Origin: Sarea resinae
Taxonomy: Eukaryota
NCBI GenBank assembly: GCA_026026165.1
Contig: JAPEUD010000001.1
Coordinates: 186,001-250,000, forward strand
Reading direction: 5' to 3'
Length of the DNA stretch: 64,000 bases
A program made the translations under genes and the position numbers. The notes beneath the pieces were generated by a model, which did not search any database, was not told the DNA's origin, and saw only the letters and a list, made by a program, of their open reading frames with translations. This document shows, in pieces, positions 1-11,875 of the stretch (position 1 is the stretch's first letter; each line of letters opens with the position of its first letter).

Positions 1-599
1 CAGAAAGGCGCCTTGATCTCCTCGGGCGGTTGCCCACGGCATCGATCAGAGGGTGAGACAGGCAAGGGATCGGCCGGCTGTCCGAGGTTTCCGGACGCCA
101 AGGACAACGGCGCCGTCATCCATCAACGCCTGTCCTGCCCTGCTCTGCCCCCTTTAATACGCCCAAGCCCCAACGACAACAATGATGCGAAGAGGACGAA
201 TACAGGGCCAAAAGCGATGAAGAGATGGATTGTGACTGCTGACTTCCTGCGAGAGCTGCTTGTCCTGCGACGGGCCGGGATGCTGTTCTCCATGGATGCT
301 CGGCTGGCTTCTCCTTGACGGTACCACCCGTGGACCTCACCTATCAGAGCACGCCCTCCCCTCCATCTTCGAGTCAATGACAGAGACAGCACCAGCACGA
401 CCTCATCATGACGACATCCCATCAACACGGAAATCAGCACGTCCACCAGCCCAACTGGCAGCGCATAAAGCCCACGATGAATCCCAATCACCTCCCCTCA
501 CTAACCGCAATCAATCCGCAGCTACCTGATGAACCTCACCATCTGCACCGACTACCTTTCAACATCATCTCCCCGACAAGAACAGAGAATCACCTGAAA

Positions 600-1052
600 A
601 TGGCCCCCACCGACCCGCACGAAGGCGGTTCCCTAACCTCCATGGCCGAAAGCGGCACCACGATGCCCAACGACGCCGGCAAGCAAAACCTGATCCCATC
701 GGTGCCGAACCCCGCGCAGGCATCCGCCCCGACGAGCGGCGGCCTCGGCGCCACCTCCCCCGCAACCGCCGCCGACAACGCGACCGACATGCCGCGCGGG
801 CCCGCCGACACGGGCGCCTCGGCCGATCTGGTTACCGGCACGGGCGACGCGCTGCCGGCGTCGGTCACGAGCAAGAACCTGCACATGACGGCCGACAACG
901 ACCTGGCCAAGGGCTCGGCGCGCGCGGACAAGCATGCCAGGAGCAATCGGAGCGAGTTCGAGACGCTGGCTGGCGAGGGGGCTGGCGTCGAGCCGGCGCC
1001 GGGGGAGGAAGGGGATGCGCAGGATGCGGTCAGGGATCGAAAGGGGCTTTGA
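600..1052 (+). CDS. Small hydrophilic hypothetical protein (~150 aa, MAPTDPHEGG...RDRKGL)
   Basis: ATG at 600 in AAAATGG context within ORF 408..1052; strong C/G third-position bias from 600 on; no introns; no family recognised. Confidence 0.7.
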   Translation: MAPTDPHEGGSLTSMAESGTTMPNDAGKQNLIPSVPNPAQASAPTSGGLGATSPATAADNATDMPRGPADTGASADLVTGTGDALPASVTSKNLHMTADNDLAKGSARADKHARSNRSEFETLAGEGAGVEPAPGEEGDAQDAVRDRKGL

Positions 1053-1656
1053 GTGCGGTTGCTGAGAGTGGCTGCGTGATCGTGCATTCTTTTGTTTCGA
1101 GTCCGTCGTTACACTGCTATTTTACACCTTTAACAATTCAAGACGATACGACTGATGAACAATCAAGACCATTTATGATTAGCCAATGTCCATCATGGTC
1201 TGAGACGAATTCGGTGATCCGTCTATAACAGAAAGTATATATGCCAAGGACGAGAGGATAGCCATCTTGGAGAAGGCGCAGCTTTTGTTCATCTGAACAT
1301 CCCATCGCCAACCGTCCATTGAGCACAGGTATTCTTCTCCCAATCGGATTCAACATGTAATTGTTTTCCTTTATCCGTATGTACGAGGTAGTCTCTGTCT
1401 GCTTAGCCCGCCACAAAAGTAATCACCGCACAACAATTATTGACTTCAGTCGCCGGCAGCGACACCCGATACGCCTCATCAAAATCAGACCGCCACCGCC
1501 CCAGAAACAATAGAAAAGGGCAAGAAAAAGGACAATGCCATCTACGTGGAATGGAAGCCGGAAAGAAAAGCCCAAGAAGAATGAGACAAACCCAAGCTGT
1601 CTTTTGCCGTCTGAGACATCAAGAGACCGAATACAGGCAGCATTGCGCCATCCCAA

Positions 1657-2831
1657 TCAGCCGCTCAACAGATCCCTCACGCTCATCCCCCTCCCAGTAC
1701 TACTCTCATATCTCCGATCCGCATTGAGCATCAGCAGTGCCCTCGTGGCTTCATGGTCAATCAGCGAGGCTTCTTCGGCCTGCGGTTTCAGCGCTGGGGA
1801 TGTGAGCGCGGAATTTGTGCCTGCTGAAAATGCATAGCTATATCTACGGCCGTCGACAACCGGCGAGGCCATCGTGGACGTTGTCGATGATGAGTATGAA
1901 TGGTGATGCGCCTGATGCTGGGCTTCGAGAGCAGGAGTTGGCTCTTTGGAATGGCTAGAGTATACCGGGGATGTGGCATCGGATTGATAGTGGGAGCGCT
2001 CAGGGTTTGCTGCCGAGGGAGAAGCGCCGAGGGGCGTGCAATCCGTCATGTTGATTTCATGTCCTTCAATGGAGGCATACGAGCGTCGAGACCCGGTCGA
2101 TAGGGCTGCTTCAGGAATGTCTTCGACTGGTGTCCTAGCGTGCGGATTGGCCTTTAATTCGGTGACACAGGTCTCAAGGTAGCGGAGGTATTCGATGCTT
2201 GCCTGCAGACTCATGTGAACAATCTGTCGGTGACGTGAATAAGCTGGCTTACCTGCAGAATCGCAAGCTTGTGCATCTCCTGATCTTGACAGGCGGGAAT
2301 CATATCCTTGAGCACTGCAAACTCTTCGTTCATCTTGGAACGTCGACGACGCTCAATCAGGCTATGTGCCGTCTTCCTCGCAATCTTCCGCCCCGCTGCG
2401 CTCGTCGAGCTTGGTTGCTTCTTCTTTCCGGTAGCGTTCATGTTGGAGCCCTTGATTGAGTCGTCGGCAAAAGATTCGTCTTCCAACGGCTTCATCTTCA
2501 TCTGGATGATCTTGCGTGGCCTTGTCGGCGGCGGGGGAAGAGCAAAGTCATCTTTGGAAGCTGTCAATCGACCAGATGCCGCTCGGCGACGCGATCCAGT
2601 CTGATTGACGGGAGCAATCTCGGGCGAGGATGGAGACACGGGTCGGTAAGATGACACCGAGGATGCGTTCGAGGCCGTGCTGGCACTCGAAGAGCGGACC
2701 CGATCCTCGCCAGCTATCGCAGCAGGTGGCAGTAGAGCAAAGGAGCCCTCCAACAAGGCCAGGCTGGGATTGTCCTTGGCCGCGATATCGGTCGAGGACC
2801 CTGGCGTAGGAGGGAAGGCAGGTCGAGGCAT
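1657..2831 (-). CDS. bHLH transcription factor; exons 2831-2253, 2202-1657
   Basis: KTAHSLIERRRRSKMNEEFAVLKDMIPAC..MHKLAILQ|ASIEYLRYLE; the 50-nt intron 2252-2203 (GTAAGC...CTGCAG) joins the two halves of helix 2 in frame. Confidence 0.93.
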
Positions 2832-4134
2832 TTTGACGGTGGATTGGGGTACCCACGTGCTATCTGCACGGCGATCTTCGTACTTGGACTCTCAGAGACG
2901 TTTAGATATAAAGAGCAACGAACGGCTCGAGGCTAGCTTCACAGAGGCAATGGAAAAGCAGGAAGACGGATGAGAACAGGATTGAGGCTCCCAGATCGAT
3001 GGATCAGAAGTGAGACCAAGGTGGCAAGGAGGGAGAAACGGAAGAGGAGGACAGAGGAGACAGAAGATAGGAAAGGCCTATCAGAAAGGAAAGTGTCCGA
3101 GTGCAGTGCGGTGCTCTCGTCCGGCAGCTCTCCTCCACACATATTCAGTCGTGCGCGCACGACTGCCATCATCATGGTCCACAGCAGCTGGACTACCCAT
3201 CTCGCGGGTAGATGTGCCAGGCCGATACTTGTCGATGCGCTCCATCTCGCAGTGATGAGCATGTCAATCCGTCAAGCCAAGACCGGCGACCAGGGCAACG
3301 AGAGCACAACCTTCCCCGTGCTGCTGGATGTTGGTCAGCGCTGGAATGAGTGTCGCGTGCTCGTGCTCGAGATGATAGGCTGAGAGTGTTTCGCTGGTGG
3401 CAGAGGGACCTCGCTCGGGCCCCAGGGAGACAGTACCCGGACACGACCTCGATCGACCTCGATCGACCCCCACTTGCACTCACTTTGGCCACCTCTTGGC
3501 CGTGTGCGGGTGATGGTGTGGTCAGGTACTCATCATGTACCACATAGTACTGCTCCTGTCGCCCCGGACGGGGACGGACTAGGATGGAGGCAACGCGGGT
3601 CGTGCGCAATCTCGATCATGGCGGGGACCTGGGGACCCAGTCACGCGATCAGATCCAGCGATCTCGCCTTGTGCACGCGTATTCGCTTGGCCGCAGCACA
3701 AATGGGATCTACGGCGGTGGATAATAATAATGCGACAGCTCTTGGCTCTTGGCCTTTGGTCCTTGGCTCTGGCCGCCGTGTTTACAACCAGCCACTGGCT
3801 CTATCACCGACTTGGTGCGAGGGCTCCCTCATTCCACCCCCCCTCCCCCATCCCCCTTGGCTGTTGTATTCTAATTACGCCTTGCCTCCCTCTAATCTCC
3901 ATGACCTCAACTATCTCACTCTCATTTGATCTCTTCAACCTTCTCTGATTCACCATCCCGTGTACGGCGTAGACTGACCGTACATCGATCGCCTAATATA
4001 ATATAATATCTCGTTGACAAAACTCGTTCCGTCATCGAGAGCTTCCCCAGCTATTCGAAAATCTCTTTTGGATACTTGTCATCGTTTGTATCTGTTTCAT
4101 CGATTTGCTGTCTCATCTGAGCGATATTGCCGTC

Positions 4135-7100
4135 ATGGCGGACATACCGACCCGGGCGCAAACGGGCGCCCCTGTCCTAGCCCGAAACGCAGAGACCATT
4201 GCATATGAAGCTCTCAATCAGCCTCTGACCCACGATCTGAATGGCAGGTCGGACTCGGAGACGCTGCCCGGCCAGAGCAATGGTCAAAGTCTGTCTGAAT
4301 TTGGTGCATTCAATTCTCCGACGGTGGCTGGCCAGGGCAATAGCCAGACGCTCGCTCACAAAGGAGGATTTAATTCTCCATTGGACTCTATTCGACAAAA
4401 TAATCAGCTTTTGGATCAGGATGGAGCATCAGCACAGAATGGCGCGCTCACTTCTGCAGATGAACCTCCTGGAGACAGTCAGCCGCTGGCTGAAAACAAT
4501 GCTCTGAATTCAGCGGCAATACCTGCGCAAAGTAGTCCGCTATCCCCCAAATCACCACAGTCTGGCATAGCTTCGAACACAGGCACGGCGGATGGACGTC
4601 AGCATGCGCAAGGCACGAGCACAGGTGCTCACCACACCGCAGGTCTAGAGGCATCAGCCGCCTCGGACGAAATTGCAGTCATGTGCGGGCCGTTACTGAA
4701 TTACAAGGGGATGGGCGCAACAGAGTCAGCGACGCCAATATGGCGAGGAAGCGTTTTGATAGTGACCGAACCAGGTGCCATTCACCCATCGTTAAAGTTG
4801 AGCTGTGCGGGTGGTAAACGGTCCGCGACGGCTCAGAGTCTGAGCGGCCAGGCAATTGCTAGGGTCGACGTTGGAAGCGGAGGTCGTTCCCATGGTTCTC
4901 ACGCGCACCACCAACAACAAACCTTTTCGGGGGTCAAGCTATACGCCGACCCCGTCAAAGTTTTCTGGCGTTTCGAGATCCAACTACCAATTCAGGATTT
5001 CGAGGCTCGTTGGGAGTACTCGATCCCTCAGATGCGCTATCTGCCCGGCCCCAGCGAGAGACAGGCCTCGACGAAGACGTTTTTCGTTCCGTCCAGAAAT
5101 CAGTCAATGCGCATCATGTTTCACTCCTGCAATGGCTTTTCCGTGGGGACAGACGAAGAGGCATGGTCCGGTCCTGCCCTCTGGAATGATGTCAATCGTG
5201 TGCACAAAGAGGATCCGTTCCATGTCATGATTGGCGGAGGTGACCAGATATACAATGACGGCGTCCGGGTTCAGGGGCCGTTGCATGAATGGGCCGGCAT
5301 AGCAAATCCAAAGAAGAGGCGGGACTACCAGTTTCCAGAATCTCTCCGAGCTGCATGCGACCAATATTATTTCGACAATTATATTCGCTGGTATTCGACG
5401 GAGCCATTCGCCTCAGCAAACGGCCAGATTCCTCAAATTAACATCTGGGATGACCACGACATCATCGATGGCTTTGGGAGCTATACGGACCACTTTATGA
5501 AGTGCTCCGTCTTCCGTGGCATTGGCGGTGTAGCCCATAAATACTATATGCTCTTTCAACATCATGTGGCACCGCCAAAGTCGACGTTTACCGATGACGC
5601 TCCGCAAACCATGCATAGCCAAGGCACGAGTGGCATAGGGGCAGATCCCGTCCAGCTCAAGGACACGCTCGTGTTGCAAGAGAAGCAAGAGGACTCTAGC
5701 TTCATTCTTGGTCATCGCCCTGGACCTTATATTGAGGAGCTGAGCCACTCTGTATACATGCAACTGGGCAAACGCATAGCTTTTGTCGGGCTTGACGCAC
5801 GCAGCGAGCGAACCCGACACCAGGTTAATTGTTGGTTCACACTTGATTTCTCCTTCGCGTTGTATTCTAACGTATTCAGACCCTGAGACCTACGATCTAA
5901 TCTTCAACCGGCTCAACTCCGAGCTCTCTCACACGCCCGATATCAAACACCTCATCGTCCTTCTCGGTGTCCCCATCGCCTATCCACGTCTCCAGTGGCT
6001 CGAAAACATCTTCAATTCCCCCATCATCGGGCCCATCCGCTTCCTCAACCGTCGTTTCGGCATCGCGGGTGGTGTATTCAACAAATTCGACGGCCAGGTC
6101 GACTTACTCGACGACTTGGACGACCACTACACCAATCACCACCACAAGAAAGAACGGCGGGAGCTCATGCTGCGACTGCAGGCACTGTCCCAAAAGCACT
6201 CGATCCGTATCACCATATTGGGAGGAGACGTCCACTTGGCGGCTCTGGGGCGATTCTACAGTAACCCGAAATTGGGCCTCCCCAGCGAGCAGGATCCTCG
6301 GTACATGGTCAATGTGGTCAGCTCGGCGATTACGAATAAGCCTCCGCCGAAAGCAGTGGCGAATTTGCTAGCACGAAGAAACTTCATCCATCATCTGGAT
6401 CATGATACGGATGAGACGATGATGGATCTCTTCGACAAGGATCCCGGAAACACCGTCAAGACTGCAGCGGCGAATCATTGTACGATGCCGTCCAGGAATT
6501 ACGCTATCCTGACTGAGAGCGGCTCTTCTGCTACGACAACTGCTCCTCATGCCGCCGTCAACGGAGCTTCCATTAACGGAGCCAACGGAGCCAACACCAA
6601 CGGAGCCACCACCAGTGAAGCCACCACCAATGGAGCTACCACCAATGGGGTCACCCCTAACAATACCACCCAAAACTTCCCCGCGCCAGCCAACGACTCC
6701 AAAGCCGGGCACCACGCCCTCCACCTCGGCGAACAGCACGCGGGCACCAAGCACCCAGCGGCGAGCGGCACAACGCGCAGCGGGATCTTCGGACCGCATG
6801 GGCTCGACGTCGCCATTCGAGTGGAGATCAACCCGTCGGACCGCACGGGGAAGACAGAGGGCTACGGACTGTGCGTGCCCGCGCTTGAGATAGCACGGTC
6901 TCGCAAGGGAGAGAAAGGTGCAGGTGGGGTTTCGGCGGCCGATGCTGCCAGCGCTGCGATGGGTCTTCGTGGGAACGCACCACGTGGCGGTGATGCTGCT
7001 GCTGGGGGTGCGGAGAAGGCCAATGGTGTTGTTGGCGGCAGCGGTGGCATCGTGGGAGGCTTTGGCGGTGGCGGTGGCGCTGGTGCTCCCCGCTCAACAA

Positions 7101-7276
7101 CAGCAGCCGGGCCTACGCAGCACACTGTCAGGGGACGCGATGCCGTCCCTGCTGTTAACAGTCAGCCTCATGCTCCCAGCGCTCCTGCCGATGCTGTCGG
7201 AGCCACGACGGCGGGCGTCGCCACCACACGAGCAGCAGCCGATGCCGGTGGGCCCATCACCGCGGCTGCTGCATAG
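4135..7276 (+). CDS. PhoD-like (alkaline phosphatase D-related) metallophosphoesterase; exons 4135-5830, 5880-7276
   Basis: Motifs FHSCNGFS, GGGDQIYND, WDDHDIIDGFGSY, LGGDVH; intron 5831-5879 (GT...CTAAC...CAG) gives ERTRHQVN-Y-PETYDLIF; low-complexity N- and C-termini. Confidence 0.88.
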
Positions 7277-7899
7277 ATGGACTTGGATCGAAAACGAGTG
7301 GGCTTTTCGAATACGAAGGGAAAGATTGGATCGATGGCTCTCTTCCACTTGGTTCATTCTTTCCAATCGGATCATATTTTTGTCCATTGGTCTTTTTGAC
7401 TCCCCCTCTCCCTTTCTGTAGGGGATAGGCTTACTCCCGTATCTCACTTCTCGCATACACGTTGGCTATGCTTGTCTGATGTACGTATATCGTTCGGCGC
7501 TCGTTCCTCTTCCGGCCGGTTTGGGGGCCAAAAGAGTCCTTTTGTTTCTTTCATCGTACGGTTGGCGTCACGGCCCCCACCCCCACCCCCGTATCCAGTC
7601 TCGGTTGATTGGTTGGTTGAGTCTCTGGTTGATTGGGACGAGGTCGTAATGGAATGGGATGGAACGGAATAGAAGAAGCTCCAGGAGTTGGGGGGGCGAG
7701 TGGGGGATGAAAGTCGATTGGATTTTCCCTTTTTTCCTTTTTTTGGTTTAAAATTCCCTGGGGAAAAGGAGTTCGGTCGTCTATTCCGTCTTCGTTGTTG
7801 TTGTTCTTGTTGGTCTTGTTTGTTCTGTAGTGGATACAGTCAACACAGTCAACATCATGAATACAGTGAACCCAATGCATACAGCCAATAAAGCTTAAA

Positions 7900-8830
7900 T
7901 TCGAAGCTATGGCGTACGCACGCACGCACGCACGTACGTATGTATTGTCTAGTCTCGTTGTGTTATTTCTCTCATCTCATTTCGTTTCATTGCGACCTGT
8001 TTACCGACCTGTCTGTCGCTCTCTCGAACTCGCACTCGATCTTGAATTCGATCTTGAACTCGAACTCGGCCCCCAGGCTCAAGAGCAAGGCGTTGAACTC
8101 GAACTCGAACTCGAAGCCAAACTCGATCTTGCAGCTGAGAGTGGGAGTAAGAGGTCGGAGACAGGCTTGGGCATGATGGGTACGGGGATGATAGGGATGA
8201 GGGATGGGCATAGGGATAGGCATGGGTATAGGCATGGGGATAATGGCAGATAGGCATGGGGATGATGGGGATTTGCCTCTCTATCTAATCCACCACCGGT
8301 CTATTGAATGCTCTGTCTTTCTGTGTATTTATATACTCATCTCTCTTGCTATTGGCTAAATGACTGGCTGGCTGGCAGGTTGGCTGGCTGGCCGACTATT
8401 GAAGATTGGAGATTTAAGGTAGGTATTAGAGATTGGCTATTAGAGATTGGAGATCAGAGATTGACCATCTATCCATCCCATCTAATCTACTATATCAAAT
8501 CATCCATGTCTCTATCAAACCGTCCATGAATGTCCCTACTCACCTACTCATCTACTCATCTATTCTACCAAACTACCCATCTCCCGTCCCACATCACCCG
8601 TCTCCCGTCCCCTATCTCCAGTGTCCACCTACTTACCTACCTATCCGCCTACCAAGAAGGCAAATAAAAGGTAAATAACGGGTATTAGCACGTAGATAGG
8701 TGAATACTTTTGGTCGCTGTCTGTCTCAAGAGGCTGGCTAGGTGACTCAGGGGGTGGCTGGCTGGCTCAGGAGGTGGGGCTGGCTCAAGGATCGAGGATC
8801 AAGGATCAAGGATCGGGGAAAGGTGGTGAC
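7900..8830. repeat. Degenerate microsatellite field between convergent genes
   Basis: (CGCA)n near 7915, (GAACTC)n near 8025-8112, GGCATG/GGGATA units near 8170-8270, (GGCT)n near 8365, GAGATT(G/A) units near 8400-8463, (TCAAGGA)n near 8785-8812. Confidence 0.85.
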
Positions 8831-9051
8831 TAGGGTGTGAGGTGGGCGTGATATATGTGGTATGGGATTTGTTGGTGTGAGTTATGATAGTGCTGTTACT
8901 ATTGTTGTGTTCATCATCTTTGTCTATGAATGAGTGAAGCCTTGAGAGATATATGAGCTGGACTGGTCGTCTCCTAGACGGAGGCCTGTTCATGTGTATA
9001 CATAATTCTACAAGCATAAGGTATGTATAGGATGTCGGTCTATGAAAGGTC

Positions 9052-10190
9052 CTACGCACTCGGCCAGATCGGACACAGCCAGTCCCAGAGCCCTGGTTTT
9101 CTGACTTCGTCCGTGTTCTCATCATCGTCATCGTCTTGCACTTTTTCTTCATGCATGACGTACACGCTGGCTCGCTTTTCATCGATACCGACATCGCCGT
9201 CATCGGCATCGCGATACGGAGTCGGGAATTTCTTGCTTCTCTCCTTTTCCTCTTCGTCGTCTTTCTTTTCTCCCCGTTTGCCCCTCGAGGTGGCGGAGAT
9301 GGAGACGAGGTCCATTGCGAATGGCCCCGATTGCTCGTCGAAGAAACTCCGCATCATGATGCTGACGCGCTTGACGCCGGCCAGGTTCAGCGCCGGGGCG
9401 TCTTTTTGCTCGCGGCCGCGGTAGGTGGGCGTGAGAGATGCAAAGGGGATGAAGATTGAAGTGGTGGTGGTGGTGGCAGGGTTTAGCGTGGGTTGGGATG
9501 GGGATGAGGATGAGGATTGGGGCACGCGAAAGTCGTATTCGTAGGAGATGGTGGCTTGTTCGCGGCCGTTGGACAGGTTGGGCGGCAGGAGCGTGTCTTT
9601 GAGGATGAGCGTGTATCGTTTATCTGATTTGTCTTCTTCGTCAGCGTCTGTGCTCGAGATTCATGGATTATTTTCACGTTTTCCATGCATCAGAGGAATG
9701 ACAGATAATCAAGAAAAGGAGGTCTGCAAGATAAACATACCGTCGGCGCTCCCGATCTCCACCTCCACCCCATCGAATCCCTCGAGGTCGAGGTCCAGCT
9801 CGTCGCTCGTAGTCCGCTGGCTCGCGAACCCAGCACCACCTAGTGTTTCGGTGTCGAGAGTCCCGTTAAAACTCGCGCTCGTCGCGTCCTTGGAGACGTC
9901 CAAGTAGGACTTCCAGGCTCTCGGTCAGTACGGTCTCAACATGTAGATTACATAGGGTAATACGTCATTCTCAGTGACTGAGATAGAAGGGGAGAGTGTG
10001 AAACGGCTATACAATAGTCATACCTGAGAGCTTCCACCGCGCACACGATCGTCGCTGGCGATCCAGTCGGCCGCGTTCCATGGCCTGTAACGTTGCGGAA
10101 GGATTAGCGTCTCTGGTATATAGAAATCTGTCACGCAGGCACTGCTTACTTGTCTCCTCCGAAGAGATAGAGTTGTTTGGACTGTGCCAT
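9052..10190 (-). CDS. CIA30 / complex I intermediate-associated protein 30 family protein; exons 10190-10150, 10084-10024, 9909-9741, 9623-9052
   Basis: Spliced product MAQSKQLYLFGGDKPWNAADWIASDDRVRGGSSQSYL..FNGTLDTETLGGAGFASQRT..DKRYTLILKD..SYEYDF..PTYRGR..MMRSFF; all three introns GT-AG and phase-consistent; only fragments appear in the ORF track. Confidence 0.88.
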
Positions 10191-10805
10191 TGTGATTAAT
10201 ATTGTGTGAAATTCGAAAATCGGCGGTGAGGGAAGATTGGTGTTGAACTGAATCGTTCAGAATGTTCGACTAGGAATTTTCCAATTGGTAACCGCATTGA
10301 AAATCGGTGGTGATGACGTCCTCTAGTGGCTGTTTCGGGCGATTGTTGCGGCGATCGACCTCATGGATCGCTAAGTCGTCTCCAAACGATCATCACCCCG
10401 CCATCCATGGATGCTGCTGCACGTCCATGCGCAACGCATCACATCAACTGCTTACCTGCTACTGCGAAACTATTCTCCTCAAACATGCATCATTTGGCAT
10501 CACAGCTTCACAGCTTCACGGATGGATATGATCAATGTGACTAGAGAGTGAAGATTTCAATTCGTAAAGGACCGTTATGATGACAAAACAGGCCCGTGAT
10601 CCCGACGACTGACACTTTTCTAGATTACCACGAACCCTCCCTGCAAGGCAAGTCTGCACTAGACAACGCTGCAAGGGACCAATAGAACACGCTAAAGCTC
10701 AAACGCCAATTTCTCATCCTGGAAACGTATCAATTTCGCTTCCCAACAGCGCCGGTGATCCGCAGAAGCAGCCAGCGCAAATAATCCATCCTGGTGACAA
10801 CCGAA

Positions 10806-11875
10806 TCACAACATGCGTAGAGGGGGTGACTCTGGTGTAGAACCCGGTGTCGTCGGGAAGATCATCGACGACTCGGACGGCGAGCCCGAAGTCGACTGCT
10901 CATATGGTTGTAAGAGCGGAGGAGTCTGGAAGATGTTGTCAGTGGTAGTTCTTTGAGCGTCCCGAGGTAGGTGGCAGGCCAAAAAAAGCAAGATGTCGCT
11001 GAATGTTCATTGGGGAAGATAACAGCACCCGGGGAGCATTACTTGAGATTGGGGTTCCTGATACGAGTGGGCAGCTGAAATCTCCATACCGGCCATCGAA
11101 GCGTAACTCATGTTGAATGGGCTAATGATGTCTTCTTCGCCGTACAGCGGCTGCTGCTTCACAGGCCCCAGATGCGAACTCGACATCATTGGAATTCCAG
11201 ACGAGAGAGGCGGCAGGTATTGACTGTGCAACGAATAGTCGGAATTTGACACCGCCATGGTGTGGTGCGGTGTGTGTTGAGGATATGGAGTGTGCATGAG
11301 AGCTTGTGGGACGAGATATGAAGAGTACATGAAAGGTGGAGGAGAGGCCGACAGTTGGCGGGTGTATTGATGTGAAAACATGGAGTCGTGCTCATCGTCT
11401 CCACCACCATACTGGCTCGCACGAGAGTCTTGTGAGATATGTCGGCTCACGGATGGCTCGTCTCTCCTCGGAGGCTCTACCGATGGTGCATCCTCGGTCC
11501 GCTCTGGAGATCCGGCCTCGATCTCGGCGTGGACGTGTGGTGGAGAAGGGGAGCTTGAGGCGGCTTTACGTTCCAAGTCCTCAAGGCGTCTCTTGAGCTT
11601 CTTGCCTGTTTTCATCGTCAGCATGAATTCAAGCCATCTCGAGCTTGCCCGCAGCGGGCCATTTCAGTCCTCAAGAGCAAACGGTTTCACTTACGATAGT
11701 TGCGTTGTGCAATGCGGTTCTGAATCCTCCTTCTCTCGGCGAGGTCGGAGATCTTGGTCCAGTCTTCGTTGGCATTGGCACTGGGACTGAATGCGCTACT
11801 GGTCCCATGGCTGGCAGAGTATTTCTGAGTCGTGGGGGCCGCCGGGTACGAGTACGGGTAGGCGTGCTTCTGCAT
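10806..11875 (-). CDS. bZIP transcription factor; exons 11875-11695, 11605-11043, 10925-10806 (in-frame upstream ATGs exist, e.g. 11974)
   Basis: HGTSSAFS..NEDWTKISDLAERRRIQNRIAQRNYR|KKLKRRLEDLERKA basic region and zipper across a GTAAGT...CAG intron; last intron has a CTGAC branch and gives a TPPL..FPTTP tail; start codon uncertain. Confidence 0.9.

Noticed and set aside
10150..10190. MAQSKQLYLFG resembles the start of a fungal PKS SAT domain
   Set aside because: Downstream exons encode CIA30 motifs (DDRVRGG, GGAGFAS); no KS or AT domain in the window
10577..10612. ATGATGA...CTGA resembling C/D snoRNA boxes
   Set aside because: Boxes only about 35 nt apart with no terminal stem or evident rRNA guide
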